Positions 24,466 to 37,369 of a stretch of DNA of 56,110 nt are shown here, piece after piece. The notes beneath the pieces were generated by a model, which worked only from the letters and a program-made list of their open reading frames with translations, did not search any database and was not told the DNA's origin. The stretch covers positions 1-56,110 of the forward strand of contig DF237530.1 in assembly GCA_000708835.1 (NCBI GenBank), read 5' to 3'. The position numbers and the translations under genes were made by a program. The DNA comes from Klebsormidium nitens (taxonomy: Eukaryota; Plantae; Klebsormidiophyceae). Each line of letters begins with the position of its first letter. Position 1 is the first letter of the stretch.

Positions 24466-27400
24466 GAGGTTGAATGGAAGGTCACTGAGGGACGTGGGGC
24501 AAAGCATCCAAAGCATGTGAGAATGGCTGTCGTGAAGGCGGCTGCTGCAGGGAGGCAGCTGTGGAATAATCTCAGTGCAATGGTGAGTTTGTTTTGATAG
24601 GCTTAACTTGGAAATTAGGGCCTGGTTCGATCAACGTTGATGTCTTCCATTTTGGAAGCAGGTTAGCCCCACAAGTCTTCCTTGAGGCACGACGCAACAT
24701 TCCCAGATATCACATGCACTGGTGCAGAAGTCGTTTTGATGCCAGGTGTCAAGAAACTGCTTCGGTCTTGCCAGGATGACCGAGATGATGGCCTCTTGTG
24801 TTAGGCCTTGCCATTCTGGGTTTAATTGTCTCAAAAGATTGTCTCAAAAGCAGGCCGGTTAGCAACCAGAGGCTACAGGGAGCTCTTTACATATTCTACG
24901 TCGGCAGAGGTCTGGGGTTTGTATGCAGTAGAATTCCTTGTAGGTTCTGGAAACAGAAGGTCTTGCCAATTGTCCACCTGTCAATGCAGAAGCTTGATTC
25001 AGCGGGCGTAGTGTTTCTCGGCAACTCACCTTGACGTGCCAATCTCGTTGACAGCTGGTATGAGTTTGTCAACTACAGTACTTTGATATTACCTTAGCTC
25101 GCCAAGGGCTTTTATTACTTTATCAAAATTTAGTTGCTGAAGAAGCAAAGGTGTCTGCAAGTTCCTGATGAAAGAATTAGGATTGCCACTTTGATTGCAA
25201 CTTACAGACGGATTTGCATGTCTCCACCTGCCATAGGAGACTCTCCGCGTGTTGCTTCTTGGAAAGACGAGCTGGATCGAAGCACGTGTCGCTTGTCCGG
25301 TGGCATCAGCTTTTACCTTTTTGACAGGCAAAAGGGCCATCTGGCGTGACCAAGGGCCAGCTTGGGAAGAGGGGCCACCATGACACGGTGGCGCAGCGAG
25401 GGCCCTCAATGTCTCAGGTGTCGCCGGTTCATTCGGAGGAGGTTGGTCTCTTTTCTGCCAGTTCATTCTTGTGCGCTTCTGCTTCTGGAGAGGATCAATC
25501 AATCTCTTTATGGCTGTCACCTTTAGCAGTAACTGCCAAGGACAGCCACCCCTGCAAGAGCAGATGATGCTACTAGGAAAGCCACTAAGCGGTTGTAACA
25601 TTAGTATTCAACTAGGTACTGATTTGATGCCAATCTTTGAACACATTCCCTGAGCCAGTGAGCAAACAAGAGGGGATGCCAAATCATCCATCAGGTTTGC
25701 TCGAGGTTCAGACGCTCTGTCCCAGACTCTCCAGTCTGCATTAGGCAACGGCTTCTGTTGTTGTGCATACTCCAAGAACGTTCAAAGTTCAGCGTGAAGG
25801 TTGTGCTCGTCCAGCTGGCATATCCAAGTGGGTGCAGAGATTTGAGCAGGCGTACAGTACTCCAAAAGTCCTGGCAACTCCCGCGCGCCGTAAACCTCTG
25901 ACTTCCTGTGGAATCCTTCTTAACAAGCAAGAGGACATGATTGGCATCATCCCAGAGTCACGAGACTTGGGAAAAGGCAACAGCTGCACGAATGCGACAG
26001 GTGTCCAGATCGATGACTCACATGGTGTCTTCAGCAAGATCACAAAACACTACTACAGCACCTGCACATTCCAGCTGTACGTACTGAGTGGGCAGTAAAA
26101 GCAAAGCTTGTCACCTTGCTGACACCTGTCCTCTCTTATTGTTTTCGCAGGCCGTGTCCGGAATCCCGCGCCTGCCAAGCGCTTTCCCCAATGTCCACCC
26201 TAGCTTCTCGTCCCCTGCCTCCCCGCCAAAGACCTCCAGCAAACCCTCCGAATCCCACAAGACCGGTTGCGCGGCAGCCCCGGTTTCTCCCATCACGGGC
26301 AGGGGCAGGTCCGGGATGAACGGAAGCAGCATTGGATCGCCGGCATCCCCCAGCGCAATCCCCCGCCCTGGGCGCGGCTCTACATCGCAGAGAAGCTCAG
26401 GGTTCATGTCTCCCGGGAAAGCGGATTGTGCACTTCAGCAGGCGGGAACCGCAGAAGTGACGTCCCCAATCAGAAACCGGGCGCTTAAGCAGTCGGAGCG
26501 GGGCTCCGTGGCTTCCCACGTGGACAGAATTCGGGCTGCGAAGGTAAGCGAGACAAAGCCTCCTCGCAATTGAGATTCTTGATCTGCATTCAGTTTCGTT
26601 CATTGTGCGTGCGCTTTGTCTGGCAGGTCAGGAATGCAGTCGCAGCGTTCAGGTTGTCTGTCAGTGATACGCGGATTTACCGTGCAAGTTATTCCCATGC
26701 AAGTTAAGCCGGTTCCTTAGGCCGAATAATTTTCAAATCCTGGTTTGGAATCTCCAGCGAACATTGTCGCAAGGCTCAACTTGAAGGAACACGAGAAGAA
26801 GCAAGAAAGTTGTTGTCCACGATGGCACAGCTGTAACTGGAAACCCGAGTGCAAGCACCTCGACGAAGCCACAAACCTCCAGCATGCTATCTTTCTCAAT
26901 CCCCGTAATGTTGTTGAGTTAATCGCCTTCTATTCTTGCAGGTCCCCAGCGCCCTTCCCTCTTCACCGGTGCACCACCCCACCGGCAACACCACAACGGA
27001 CCGGGCACCTCGGAGAGCGCCAACTAGCCCCGAGGGTCGCGGCAAGACTGCCACGTGGCGCGCGCCCGGGAGCCCCCCCTTCATTGGAACAAAGACCAGC
27101 GACGGCGGCAGCAAGCACCTCCGCCGGAACGTCGCCGCAAAGTCAACGGGCGCGGCGAAGAGTGCCGGTCTGTTCGTCGAGAGCCCCTCCAAGCTGGCAA
27201 GAAGAGTGGCGGCGGGGTCAGGAGACGAGGCACCGGGCAGCGCAGCGCAGACGACGGAAGGTTCAGAGGGCGCAGGTGGGGGAGCAGGTGAAGCGCAAAT
27301 AATGCGCGGGGTACAACTCGGGCAGCACCGCTGGGAAGCCAATGTCCAGGTAAGAAGCCTTTTTGGTGGCTTTGGTTCTATGCTTGGTGCCTTCCGTGAA

Positions 27401-30400
27401 TGCAAAGCTTTCGTAGCCGGGCAAGTCGATTGCCTTTTTTTAACCGGAGGCATGCCGTTCCTTTGCGCTTTTCGTGCGAAGGCACCGGCGTTCGTTCCGT
27501 AAGACTCGCAGCAGAGAACGTGTCTTTTATGGTTTCGCTACGAATTGTTCGACAATGAAAGTAATTGCTCTGCCAAAGTCACTCGATACTGTAACATCAT
27601 CCTGTGCGAGGTGAATAAATGTTGATCTTCTCGTGTCCGACTAAAGTCAATCAGAGGGAAGTTGCAGAAGTTGCGCGGACTTGCATACCTGCAATGCTAC
27701 CACTGTTCAATCCGTACCAAGATCTGCTCCGACTCTGTACTTTTCTCCTGATCACTTTGAAGAAACTCTGAAGTTTGAATGCCCACTGCGCGCAGGACAA
27801 CATCACGGTCAGGGGCGTGATCTACACCCACCCCTTCTGCGACACGCCGCAGGACGTGTCCGGTGACGTTGCGGACGCTGGCGCTGACGTCACCGCCGCC
27901 AACTCCGCCGCTTCGTCTTTGGAAATGCTGACAGGGGTTCCCGGGCAGGGGCGGGATGCCGCCATGATCCAGGTGCATCTCGGGTTCGCTGACTACCGCA
28001 ACGAGGCGACCGACGAAGCCAAGGAGGTGAGGGAGGAGTTGAAAAAGTCGTTCTGCTCTTCCTTATGGATAAGAATCTGATGTCATAGCTGGTGCATCAT
28101 CATGCAATTAGTAGAATTGCTTCATTGTGCCAGGGCTCACGAGGAGAGTTTAGCGTCTGCGTTCAACTCCGCAAAGTCATATGAAGTAGCGGTGAAGCTT
28201 GAAGATGAAGCGTGTCTAGAATCTGTCCCTCCGAGAGTATCCACTCGCTTGTTTTAAAAAGCTTCCCAGTTTTGTCGTCGGGAAATCAGCTAAGCAACTT
28301 ATCCAACTGCTGGATTTACCATTGGAAGGTCCGTTTGAATCATGTTAAGAATTGTCGTGCATTGCATTGTGTCCACCATGTTTCGACGACTCCTCCATGA
28401 CACCGGTACGAGCAAAGATATGAAGGCTCGTAGGCTCTCCAAGTGGCCTTATCTGGCAGTACATGCTTCTAACAAACACTGTGCGTTCGCAGTTTCCGGG
28501 CGAAATCAGGGATCTCCTCCATCCCTTCTCCCTTCCCGAACCGAGCGACACTTTGAGCAGCGCAGCCAAGGGTGCGCTCGGCGACGCGGCCGGCACGTTG
28601 GGCGCCGCGGCCGGTAGCATCCTAGACGACGCGGCCGCGGTTCCACCCGTGACAGCCGACGCGGCCGCAGTTCCGCCCGTCGCAGCCGACGCGGCCGCAG
28701 TTCCGCTCGTCGCAGCCGACGCGGCCGCAGTTCCGCTCATCGCAGCCGAAGCGGCCGCGGTTCTGCCCGTTGAAGACAAGCCTGCAGCCGCGGCGGTTCC
28801 GCCCAGCGCAGCCAACGCGGCCGCAGTCCCGCCGGTCGCAGCCGACGCCGCCGCGATTTCGCCCGTCGCGGCCGCCGACCGCGATCCTGACCCGGCCGCC
28901 AGGCAATTCCCTGAGATGGCGGCCAAGGAGGCCGACGCGAGCATCAAGGACGCCCGGATGGAGGCGGAGTCGGGCGACCCCGGGGCGACGACGACGCTGT
29001 TTGAGGCGGGACAGGATGTGGCTGATTACGTGTCACAGGTGAGGGGTGACCGTCAGGACTACGCGTAAGGGTCAAGCAACCGCTTGTGCGTCTTATGTGC
29101 GTGCAGGGGGCTCGCATATTCTGCTTGCCTTTGACTGGTTTTTCAATTTCTGCCTCAATCTTCCTTTCGTCTTGAGACGGTTTTTTTCCAACGTCTTTGT
29201 GATTATCCTGACAACTTTCGTTCGAAAAGCATGCCACTGAAAGTGACTTCCAAGCTGAGGCAGCAGATTTCGGCAGGCATTTCCAGTTCAAAGTCATGCC
29301 GGTCCTAGACGGTGTAAGATACTCTGCTTGCATCTAAACTTCGGACCTACATACGGCGACCACAGCGTCGATTCCTCGCAGAAAGCTCGTGGAAAGCTCT
29401 TGCTCGACGGTTGCCGAACCAGCAAACCTTACATCTGGTTGACCCGTTTCAAACTGTCAACTCCATCTTGTACAGGCCCTAGACGACCCGGAGGCGCTGG
29501 CCCGGACACTTCCGTCTCCACCCCGGGCGACAAGCTGCAACGCGCGGCTCGCGGCCTGCCCCGCGACGCTATCGGCGACACGACAAACCGAGTGACCAAC
29601 GCCCCCGCCAGCACGCCCGCCAGCGCAGGCCAGAAAGCGCGCGACTCGTCGCCCAGCCGTGCGCGCGCCAAGGTGCGGGACGGCTTTAAGGGCGAGAGGA
29701 GCACGCTGCCCCCGAAATTCGAGGCGCTCGGGTTGGAGGCAGACCAGGCAGTGGAGAAGAAGCACGGCTGGCAGGAGAGGGAGAGCCCGGCGGAGGCAAC
29801 CGGACGAACGTCGGTGGCGCCAAAACGAAAGATGGCGGTTGAGGAGCAAGCGGGGCACGGGCGTACGGGCGCTGGCAAGATGGTGAGCACAGAAAAATTC
29901 TCAGATCAGAATGTGCAACTCAAGATCTTTGCGCGGGTTTCAAATGTTTTTCCTCTTGCGGATCTGCCGCCCAGATTTACTTGCTTTTTGGGGACTTCTT
30001 GTGTTCCGTAAGCTGCACTTGTATGCAGATTGACAATTTTATCTCCTCGTCGTGCTGGGGGCTGCCAACTGATGTTCACATGGTTCAAATTGCCTTCACT
30101 GCAGCTGCTTTCAATCAGGGCTCGTCGGCTCTTCTTCTCACCTAGTACCTATTCCTTCACTTTCCATTCTTCGATCGTGATGACGTTAGGCGCGGTCACC
30201 TGCTACCAACTCAGCAGATTCTGATTCGACAAAGCAATCAATTTGTCGAAACCAAGGCGCAAGACTCTCTCAGACAGTCGCCTAGCGTTCAAACCTCTCA
30301 AAAATGGACGACCGGAACACCAACCCTTTGCCTGAAAGGCAGAAGCCTTCAAATAACAGCCTCAGAAACAGCATCCAAGGACGTTCTCTAAGTTCGCCTA

Positions 30401-33400
30401 CACGCATGCAGGACGTCGGTGGGTTAGAAGCCCTGTTCTATCAAAACCCGCTATTCGGTGCGGGCGAAACGCTAGCGGACGACGATCTCGGCGCGGCCGC
30501 CGATGCGCGCGGCCCCGACGACGACGCGGCCGCCTACGCGCCCGCCACTACAGCCGGCCGCGAGACAGGCGCGGCCGCCCGCGCGTTCGGCGCGATCGGG
30601 GCCCGGCGGGAGAGCAGGCCGCCCCCTAGGTTTGCTGGGCTGCTCAGCGGAGGCCCAGGGAATGCTGAAGATGGGGACGGGGGTTTACCGCTCGAGTGGA
30701 AGTGGATCGGGGAGGAGGCGGGGCCGTTCAAAGCGGAGGCGATGCGCGCGCAGGCGGCCAGATTGGAAGCGGAGCTGGCGGCTGCCCAGGAAGCGCTGCA
30801 GACTGCCGAGCAGGAAAATCAGGCCACCGTGGCCAAGTGAGTTCCCAAAAGAATGTTCACATTGGCTTTTTAATTGACCGACTCGATAGATTTGTCGGAT
30901 CAGTAATCGAAAGTTTTGTGTCCGCACCATCATTAGGATGTGGGCTTTCCTCGACGTGCCTCTTGTCGAGGAGAGTCTGAGAAACTTTTAACGCCAGCAT
31001 CCTCTCGCATCGGGATAGAGGATATCGGGCAGCGTCAAGGCCGATTGTTCGTGGGGTTGTTACTTTTAAATCCCGCCGCGTTCTTTATCGACATGCAGTG
31101 TCATCGTACAGTCACAACTTAGATGCAAGCTTTTCCACACAACTACTTGCTCTCTTTCCTCTGCAGAGTCGTTGCTATGGAAGAGCAGGCCAACCAGCTG
31201 CAGAAGCTGGTGGACAAACTAGGCGCGGCGGGCGTCGAGAAGGACGGTGCGATTGGGAAGCTGGAGGAGTCGCTCACGCAGCTCGAGCGCGCGTACATGG
31301 AGACCGCCGCGCAATTGGCTGAGGTGAGAGCCGACGTGGACGTAGGAGTGGCGCGAAGTTCTGCATTATAGCATATCTTGAGATTACAGCAACATATGTG
31401 ATGCTCGGGCTTTGAACTGTACAAGGAGAAACAAAAGATCTGCTCTAGTGAACGCTGCGGAAAACAGGGGTGGATTCGAATCGGGAGACCTGTCTGTCAC
31501 AAGCAGCTCGCGTACGTCTACCGGGCTTTCCATTTGAGGTGGAAATTTATCGCCCGGAAGTCGTGTCATGCTTCCAGGCTTTCTGTGCATCGCTGATGTC
31601 AGATAGGATCTGACGGATCTACAAAATGTTTTTCCTAGGTATGGGCTGACCATCGACGGCTGATTGTGTGCAGGACGCCGCGGACAAGCACCTACTTGCC
31701 TTTCTGGAGCAGAGCAAGCTACAAGTAGGTTGCTCAGCCTCAGATCTCTTGGCCTGACGCTTTGTTTCTCTTTCTCCTGTCTGTACATTGAAAATGCCTT
31801 CAGTACTTTCGCTGATAAGACAGCCGCCGGTTCTGCCTTCAAAAGAGAAGGTGTCGATCATAGCGGACGAGGAGGAGACTCCACTGGCACGAACCCACTT
31901 GGGGCCTCGGCTTTCAGCACATCCTCGAGTCCGATCGTTCTCATCGGCTCGTCTCGTGTTCTTACGCGATATTCTGGTCAAATTCCCCCCGTTTCTGAAG
32001 GAGTTTATGGTACACTGACGAAAATTTACGGTGCACAGGAGGACACGGGCGAGGAGCTGCAAGCCGTGACGACCGCCCGGCACGCTGCCGAGAAAGCGGT
32101 GGAGCAGTTGACCGCCAAACTGGACGCCGCGAGGGCTCTGGAAGCGGAGCTCGCAGAGCTGCAGGGGAGCAAGATCGTGCTGGAGAAGCAACTCCAGGCT
32201 CTGGTAAGTGCATCGCTCTCATTGCAAAATCCACTCAGAAGAAATAGGACGCACATTGCCAGTAATCTGTTTGATATATAAGTAGCAAACTCTGTCACTC
32301 CCCTCCATACCAGGTTGGCTGCACCCTGCTGAGCATTCCGAGTTTAAACGGGCGGTGTGTCTCTTCGACCCGGCGGTATTGTACAAACGTGTGTTGTATG
32401 GGTCTTGTATGCATTCCCGCCCTGTGATAGTACTGCGCTTTGAAGGGCACAAGAAAGGCCTCTCCCTGTTTCTTGATTCTCCGCAGAGCATTTTGCTTCA
32501 GGGACAACCGCTACTGTCACTTCGAACTTTGTAGGGGCGAACTCGAGAAACGTGCGAGAACCATTCTTTCAGCTACCTATTTGAATCATCAATGTCTGAA
32601 GTCTCTCCCACACTTTGGATCTCTGCAGACCGCTGAGAGGGACGAGAACAGCCGGCTCTTCCACGCAGCTCAGCAGGCTTCCGCAGACCTCCGCACCACC
32701 GTCTCCAGCCTCCAGCAGGACCTGGACGACGCCACCGAGAAGCTGACCACCGCGGAGGAGGAGCGGACCGCCGTCGAGGCAAAGCTCCACGTCGTACTCC
32801 AAGAGAAGGACGAGGCGGCGCGCGCGGTGTCGGCGGCCCAGAGCGAGATGCAAGCGCTCGCCGCCTCCAGCGCGGAGCTGCAGAAGAAGTTCAACAACTC
32901 GGAGAAGCAGCTGAAGGGGGTCAACGAGCGGCTGCTGCTGTCGATACAGGAGAAGATCCACCTCCAAGCGCAGGTGCGGAATGAGACCTGCCTCTTCCAG
33001 TATAGACTTGGTCGATATTGACTTTCTTCAGACTACGTATTCGAGTGCAAGATTTGAGCTTTTGAATCAATTTTTTCAAGACAGCCTGATTTTTGTGGGA
33101 ACCGCGATGGGCCGGGCTTTGATCTTCAAATTGCTGCTGCAGGTCGCCCAGATGGAAGAAGCACTGGGCGAGATGATCAAGGAGAAGGACGCATTAAAAA
33201 CCGAGCTCGATGCGGAGAAGGGCAACGCGGCGGGCGCCGCAGCGCGCGTGTCTAAGGCAAGTTGACGAGTGCGATTTTGAAATTCTTTGAGCCGGTTGCA
33301 AGACGGAGCACTTGTTCAAGCAATCAAGCTGTGAACTCTCCCACCGCTACATTGACCGCGACACATCCGGAAGAACTTCATTCAGGGAGATTGGAAATGG

Positions 33401-36400
33401 CAGTCAGCCGCAGGGCGTAAACTCAAAGATTGCTCCTCTTGCCTCGACTTTGCAACGCTTGGGGAGATCGCGTCCAGTCAGAAAAAGGAAAAGGGGACCG
33501 TCCAGCCGGCCGTGCCTTATGGCAAGGTTTGGCTTCTTGCCATCAGACACACTAACTTTTGAGGACATTAGATCGGTTAGATTGCCTCGTCCCTCTCCGT
33601 TTCATGTCGACGAACAAACATGTCGAGAGGAAAAAAATGACTATCCCTTTACAAGGCGGGAAACTTTATTTCAGAGTTCGACTTTGTGCTGATCGTGACG
33701 TCACATTACCTCCCACGCCCACACGTGTGAACAAAATTGTCACCGCCGCTGAATGCGCGGACCATTCTTCCCCAATTTGCAGCTGCAGGCCGCCCTGGCC
33801 GCTTCCGAGCAGCGCGTCACCGTCCTCCGGGCGGAGCACGCCACGTGGCAGGCGGAGAGTGCTCGCATCCAAGCCGAACGGGACGGCGCCCTCTCGGCGG
33901 AAGCCACGTGGCGCGCCGAAGCGCAGCGCCTGGTTTCGGCGCTGGCTGCAGCCGAAAAGGAGAAGGCCGTCTTCCACGAGGCCATCGATGGCTATGAGGA
34001 ACGGCTGACGGAGGAGGGGCGGACCGCAGAGGCCGAGGCGGCGGCGGAACGGGAAGCGGAGCTGGAGCGCCAGATGGAGCGGTTGCAGGCACAGGTGAGA
34101 TCGGTGTCGACGCTGGGAAAACAGGACATCCGTGGCCTCGACTGCTGGTTTCTGCGCTCTCTGGGAAAAGGTTCGAGTTATGTGTAAGAAACCGTAGGAG
34201 TAAGGCTTGAATCAATTCTCAGATCGAGTGACTGGTATCGGGAAAGCTTAAAAGCCTACTTTTGGGGTTTACTCATCGCATTCACTAAACGTGTCCAAAA
34301 ATCTCAATCGCTTCGATGGCCTCCAGCATCGTCAACGGCTGCTTGCTGGTGTAACAAGACTGCTTCTTTGTGAATTCGGACCCTTTAAGTCCCGTTCCTT
34401 TCAGGATCTCTCGAAAGTTATTTCGCTTTATTTCAACGGGAAAATGTGGCTTTGCAGGTCGCCGCACTCAAGCAGAACCTCGAGCAAGCCCGGGGACCGA
34501 CGCCGGCCGCGTCCGCCAAGAAAGCCGTCGCAGAGCTCCAGGGCAAAACCGAGGCTCTGAAGCAGAAGCTCGCACGAGCTGAGGTGAGATTGAGCTTCTT
34601 GCAGCCTTTTGCTGCCCAACTTGAAGCTGGTGGCAAGATGCGCAGAACAATCATATGCATCTAGGTTCAGAAGGCGAGGCTTTCCCGGTCCTTTGAACCA
34701 AGGTCTTGCAACGTGAAATTCCGTCTAGAGTACGGTAGAAAGAACAACGGCTGACTTCCTCCGTTAGTCAGCCTCTGCGGTACCTTCTTCTGTACTTTCT
34801 GACTTTGCACTCACCTTTCCAGAGAGAGAAGGGGGAGGCGTCGGATGAGATGTTCAAGACGATGAGCGAGAAGTTGGCCACGCAGCGCACGCTGCATCAG
34901 CAAGCGCTACAAGAGGAGGCGCGCAAGGTCGAGGAGCTGAGCACTAATCTAGAAGGCGCGAAGCATAAGGCGTACAAGGCGGAGCAGCAGCGGGAGGCGC
35001 TGGAGCAGGTAAGGCCACCGCGAGACTGGTCTAAATGGGAAGCATTCTCGGGGTCGAGGGTCATTTTTGAGGATATTGAACTTGGGCTGCCGTGTGCCTT
35101 CGTATATCGCCCCTTCTCGCGGGCCGGTGACGACCTCATGCCAAGAGAATTATGGACTCTTGAAATTTTTACTTCACTACCTAAGCTTATAATTAATTAG
35201 CTCCCCGTCTTGTTCGAGGCTTGGAATGCTTGGGATTCCCGATAAACGGGTGTCCGTCTGGCTTGGCTTTGTGTTGACTTGTGCTTGGCGTAACCTTTGC
35301 AGAAGGTGGCGCAGCTGACGAACGCAATTAATGCAAGCGGCACCGCCAAGGAGGCAAGTCTTCAGCACGCCTCGGTTGCTCCACTCCTGCATGCTTTCTG
35401 GCCTCTCTCGCTCGCCTCAAGGGCTGCTCCATAGCAATGTCAGATTCATGTGAAGGTCTTGACTGATTCTCTTGCACAACGGTAAGGACGGCTGTTGGCA
35501 AATTGCAGAGAGGCTTGGTCTGTTGTCCATGTCGTTTAGGACAAGATAAATTTAGCATCTTTCACTTTCTTTTCAATTGGATCGAATAAGCGACTGATCG
35601 TCAATGTTGCCCTCTCTGCTGCAGCGCGTTGACATCAACAACAGGATCGCGGAGCTAGAGAAGGAGGTACGCTTGGACTTGACACAAACTATCATCTCCG
35701 AAGTCTGCGCTTCCACAGTGTTGACAGGGTTGCCATTGTTTGAGAAGTTTTCTTGCATGCGCAATGAGGTTCTCTAGCTCGCTGTTGCTGATCGCTACGT
35801 CATCCGTAGTGCATTTAGAGAACGACCAGACGTACGACTGAGAATGACAAGTCCTTCGCAGGCTGCCTTCTTCCGCAAGGAAGCGGAGCAAGCGACGGCG
35901 CAGCTCCGATCCCTTTCCGTAAGCAGCTGATATGAAACTGAGAGTTTTTACATATCGTAAGGATGTTGTATCATGGGCATTAATAACATGGTAGTCTCAG
36001 GAGCATGGGGACGGCCGCTTGCGTCCTGCAAATGGCCCACGGCGAAGTCGTTGTAATTGCCCGATGTATCTACGAAGTCTCCAGTATTTTGTGTAAGACC
36101 TCATTGACAATTTGCTTGATGGCTTTTCTGGTTCCCCTCTTGTCAGCCAGCCCACCCTAACTTCCTGGGATGCGCAGAAGTCGACGGTCCGCCATTTATA
36201 ACCTGCTCGGATGTTTTGCGCAATCGCTCGCTGTATCTGCTTTGAGCTCCAATGTCTCGCTGCCATCGTTTCGCTGACGGGCGATTCCCTACACAGCGGA
36301 ACACAGCTTGCTCGCCGCCCGAAAGTTCGTCCCTGCCCGGCCCCCCTCAAGTAAGTTGTCCACGTGTCAGTGCACCACTGTCTTATCGGAAGCTGCGGCT

Positions 36401-37120
36401 CACCTTATCTCAAGCTGAGCCTCCATCAGAAGCCGTGGGAAGCATAGGGGTGTGTCATATAAACTGCCGCTCTTAGAGAAGCATCAGATTTGACGTCCTG
36501 GACTTGCCAGCATGCCCCTGCCGCACAGTTGTTGCATCGCCCGGTATCTATCTGTTTCTTCCTGCTAGAGGATTCTGCTACGAGTCGTCGCGCGCAGGTT
36601 CACTGAAACGTGCCCACAGAAGCACCCGTTGCGGTTTCGTTGATATCTGCATTTAAGAAAGATGATGTTCTTTGCTTTATTCGCTGGACCCTCTCTGTTC
36701 TCGTACGGCTGCTAACCTTAAAACCAGATACGAGGAGGCTCGTTACATTAGATATGGTGCCGAACCCGTCCTATTTGTCCCTCTACTGCAGAATGTCGAA
36801 ACGCCGAATTCCGTCTTGGGACCTGAAAAAGCTTTTGAAAGTTTGTCGCCATCCCGTGCTGCTGCCAAGGTGAGGAGTGAAAGGGTTCCCTTGCGAAAGC
36901 TGTTGATCCCTAAAAACCGCAGAAGAGGCTAATATCCAAGCTCGTCCAAAAAACATCCTCCTGTGCGAGACGCATGGGGCACAATCTTCGGCGCACATGT
37001 GCACTTACCAACGGTGTCTCTCGAGAGCGACTTTGGACAACAAAGTTGATTACGACTTTGCGATTGAAAGCTCAAATCAGATGTGTGCAATTTTTGCAGG
37101 CCTTCAAACGGCACGGTTAA
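24466..37120 (+). CDS. Gene A: about 1500-aa protein with an S/P-rich disordered N-half, Ala-rich repeats and a long C-terminal coiled coil; 5' end uncertain (possible exons from about 23350-24240)
   Basis: About 22 exons with pyrimidine-tract AG acceptors and GT/GC donors, including 25328-25417, 26151-26543, 26942-27349, 27796-28026, 28493-29038, 30412-30836, 32629-32972, 33143-33256, 36792-36869 and terminal 37100-37120 (AFKRHG*). Heptad-like A/E/L/Q-rich sequence from about 30730 to 35917. No family recognised. Confidence 0.78.
28628..28873 (+). repeat. Coding 30-bp minisatellite, about 8 units of DAAAVP(P/L)VAA
   Basis: Units such as gacgcggccgcagttccgcccgtcgcagcc at 28628, 28658, 28688, 28718, 28748 and onward. 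Confidence 0.92.
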
Positions 37121-37369
37121 GGAATGTAGCGGAAGCAAGGTGACTGAGTTGTGGACGAAAGGATGCTGTGGAGAGCGCGGACATGTACTGGTCTTGATTA
37201 AAGATATCCGTTGATTGTAGCTTCGTTGTTTGCAGTGGCCCCGATGGTATACATTCAGAGCTCTTCAAAATGACAAGCGGATGCAGGATGCTATGTCTTA
37301 CTTGGTTCTGCTTCAGGAGGGTAGTTGTTGCACTGGTAATCAGCAAGATACGATCAGGTTCTCTTCCAT

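Noticed and set aside
23188-26407. A minus-strand gene built from ORFs 26111-26407, 25089-25601 and 23641-24251
   Set aside because: Stronger and phase-consistent splice sites lie on the + strand (exons 24466-24582, 25328-25417, 26151-26543). The minus model needs implausibly short introns and has no recognisable domain.
28345-28947. 200-aa Ala-rich minus ORF; the 30-bp repeats as a CRISPR array
   Set aside because: Antisense of the coding minisatellite. The units are contiguous without unique spacers, and the context is a eukaryotic exon.
31460-31500. GGATTCGAATC T-loop-like word suggesting a tRNA
   Set aside because: No acceptor, D or anticodon stems around it.
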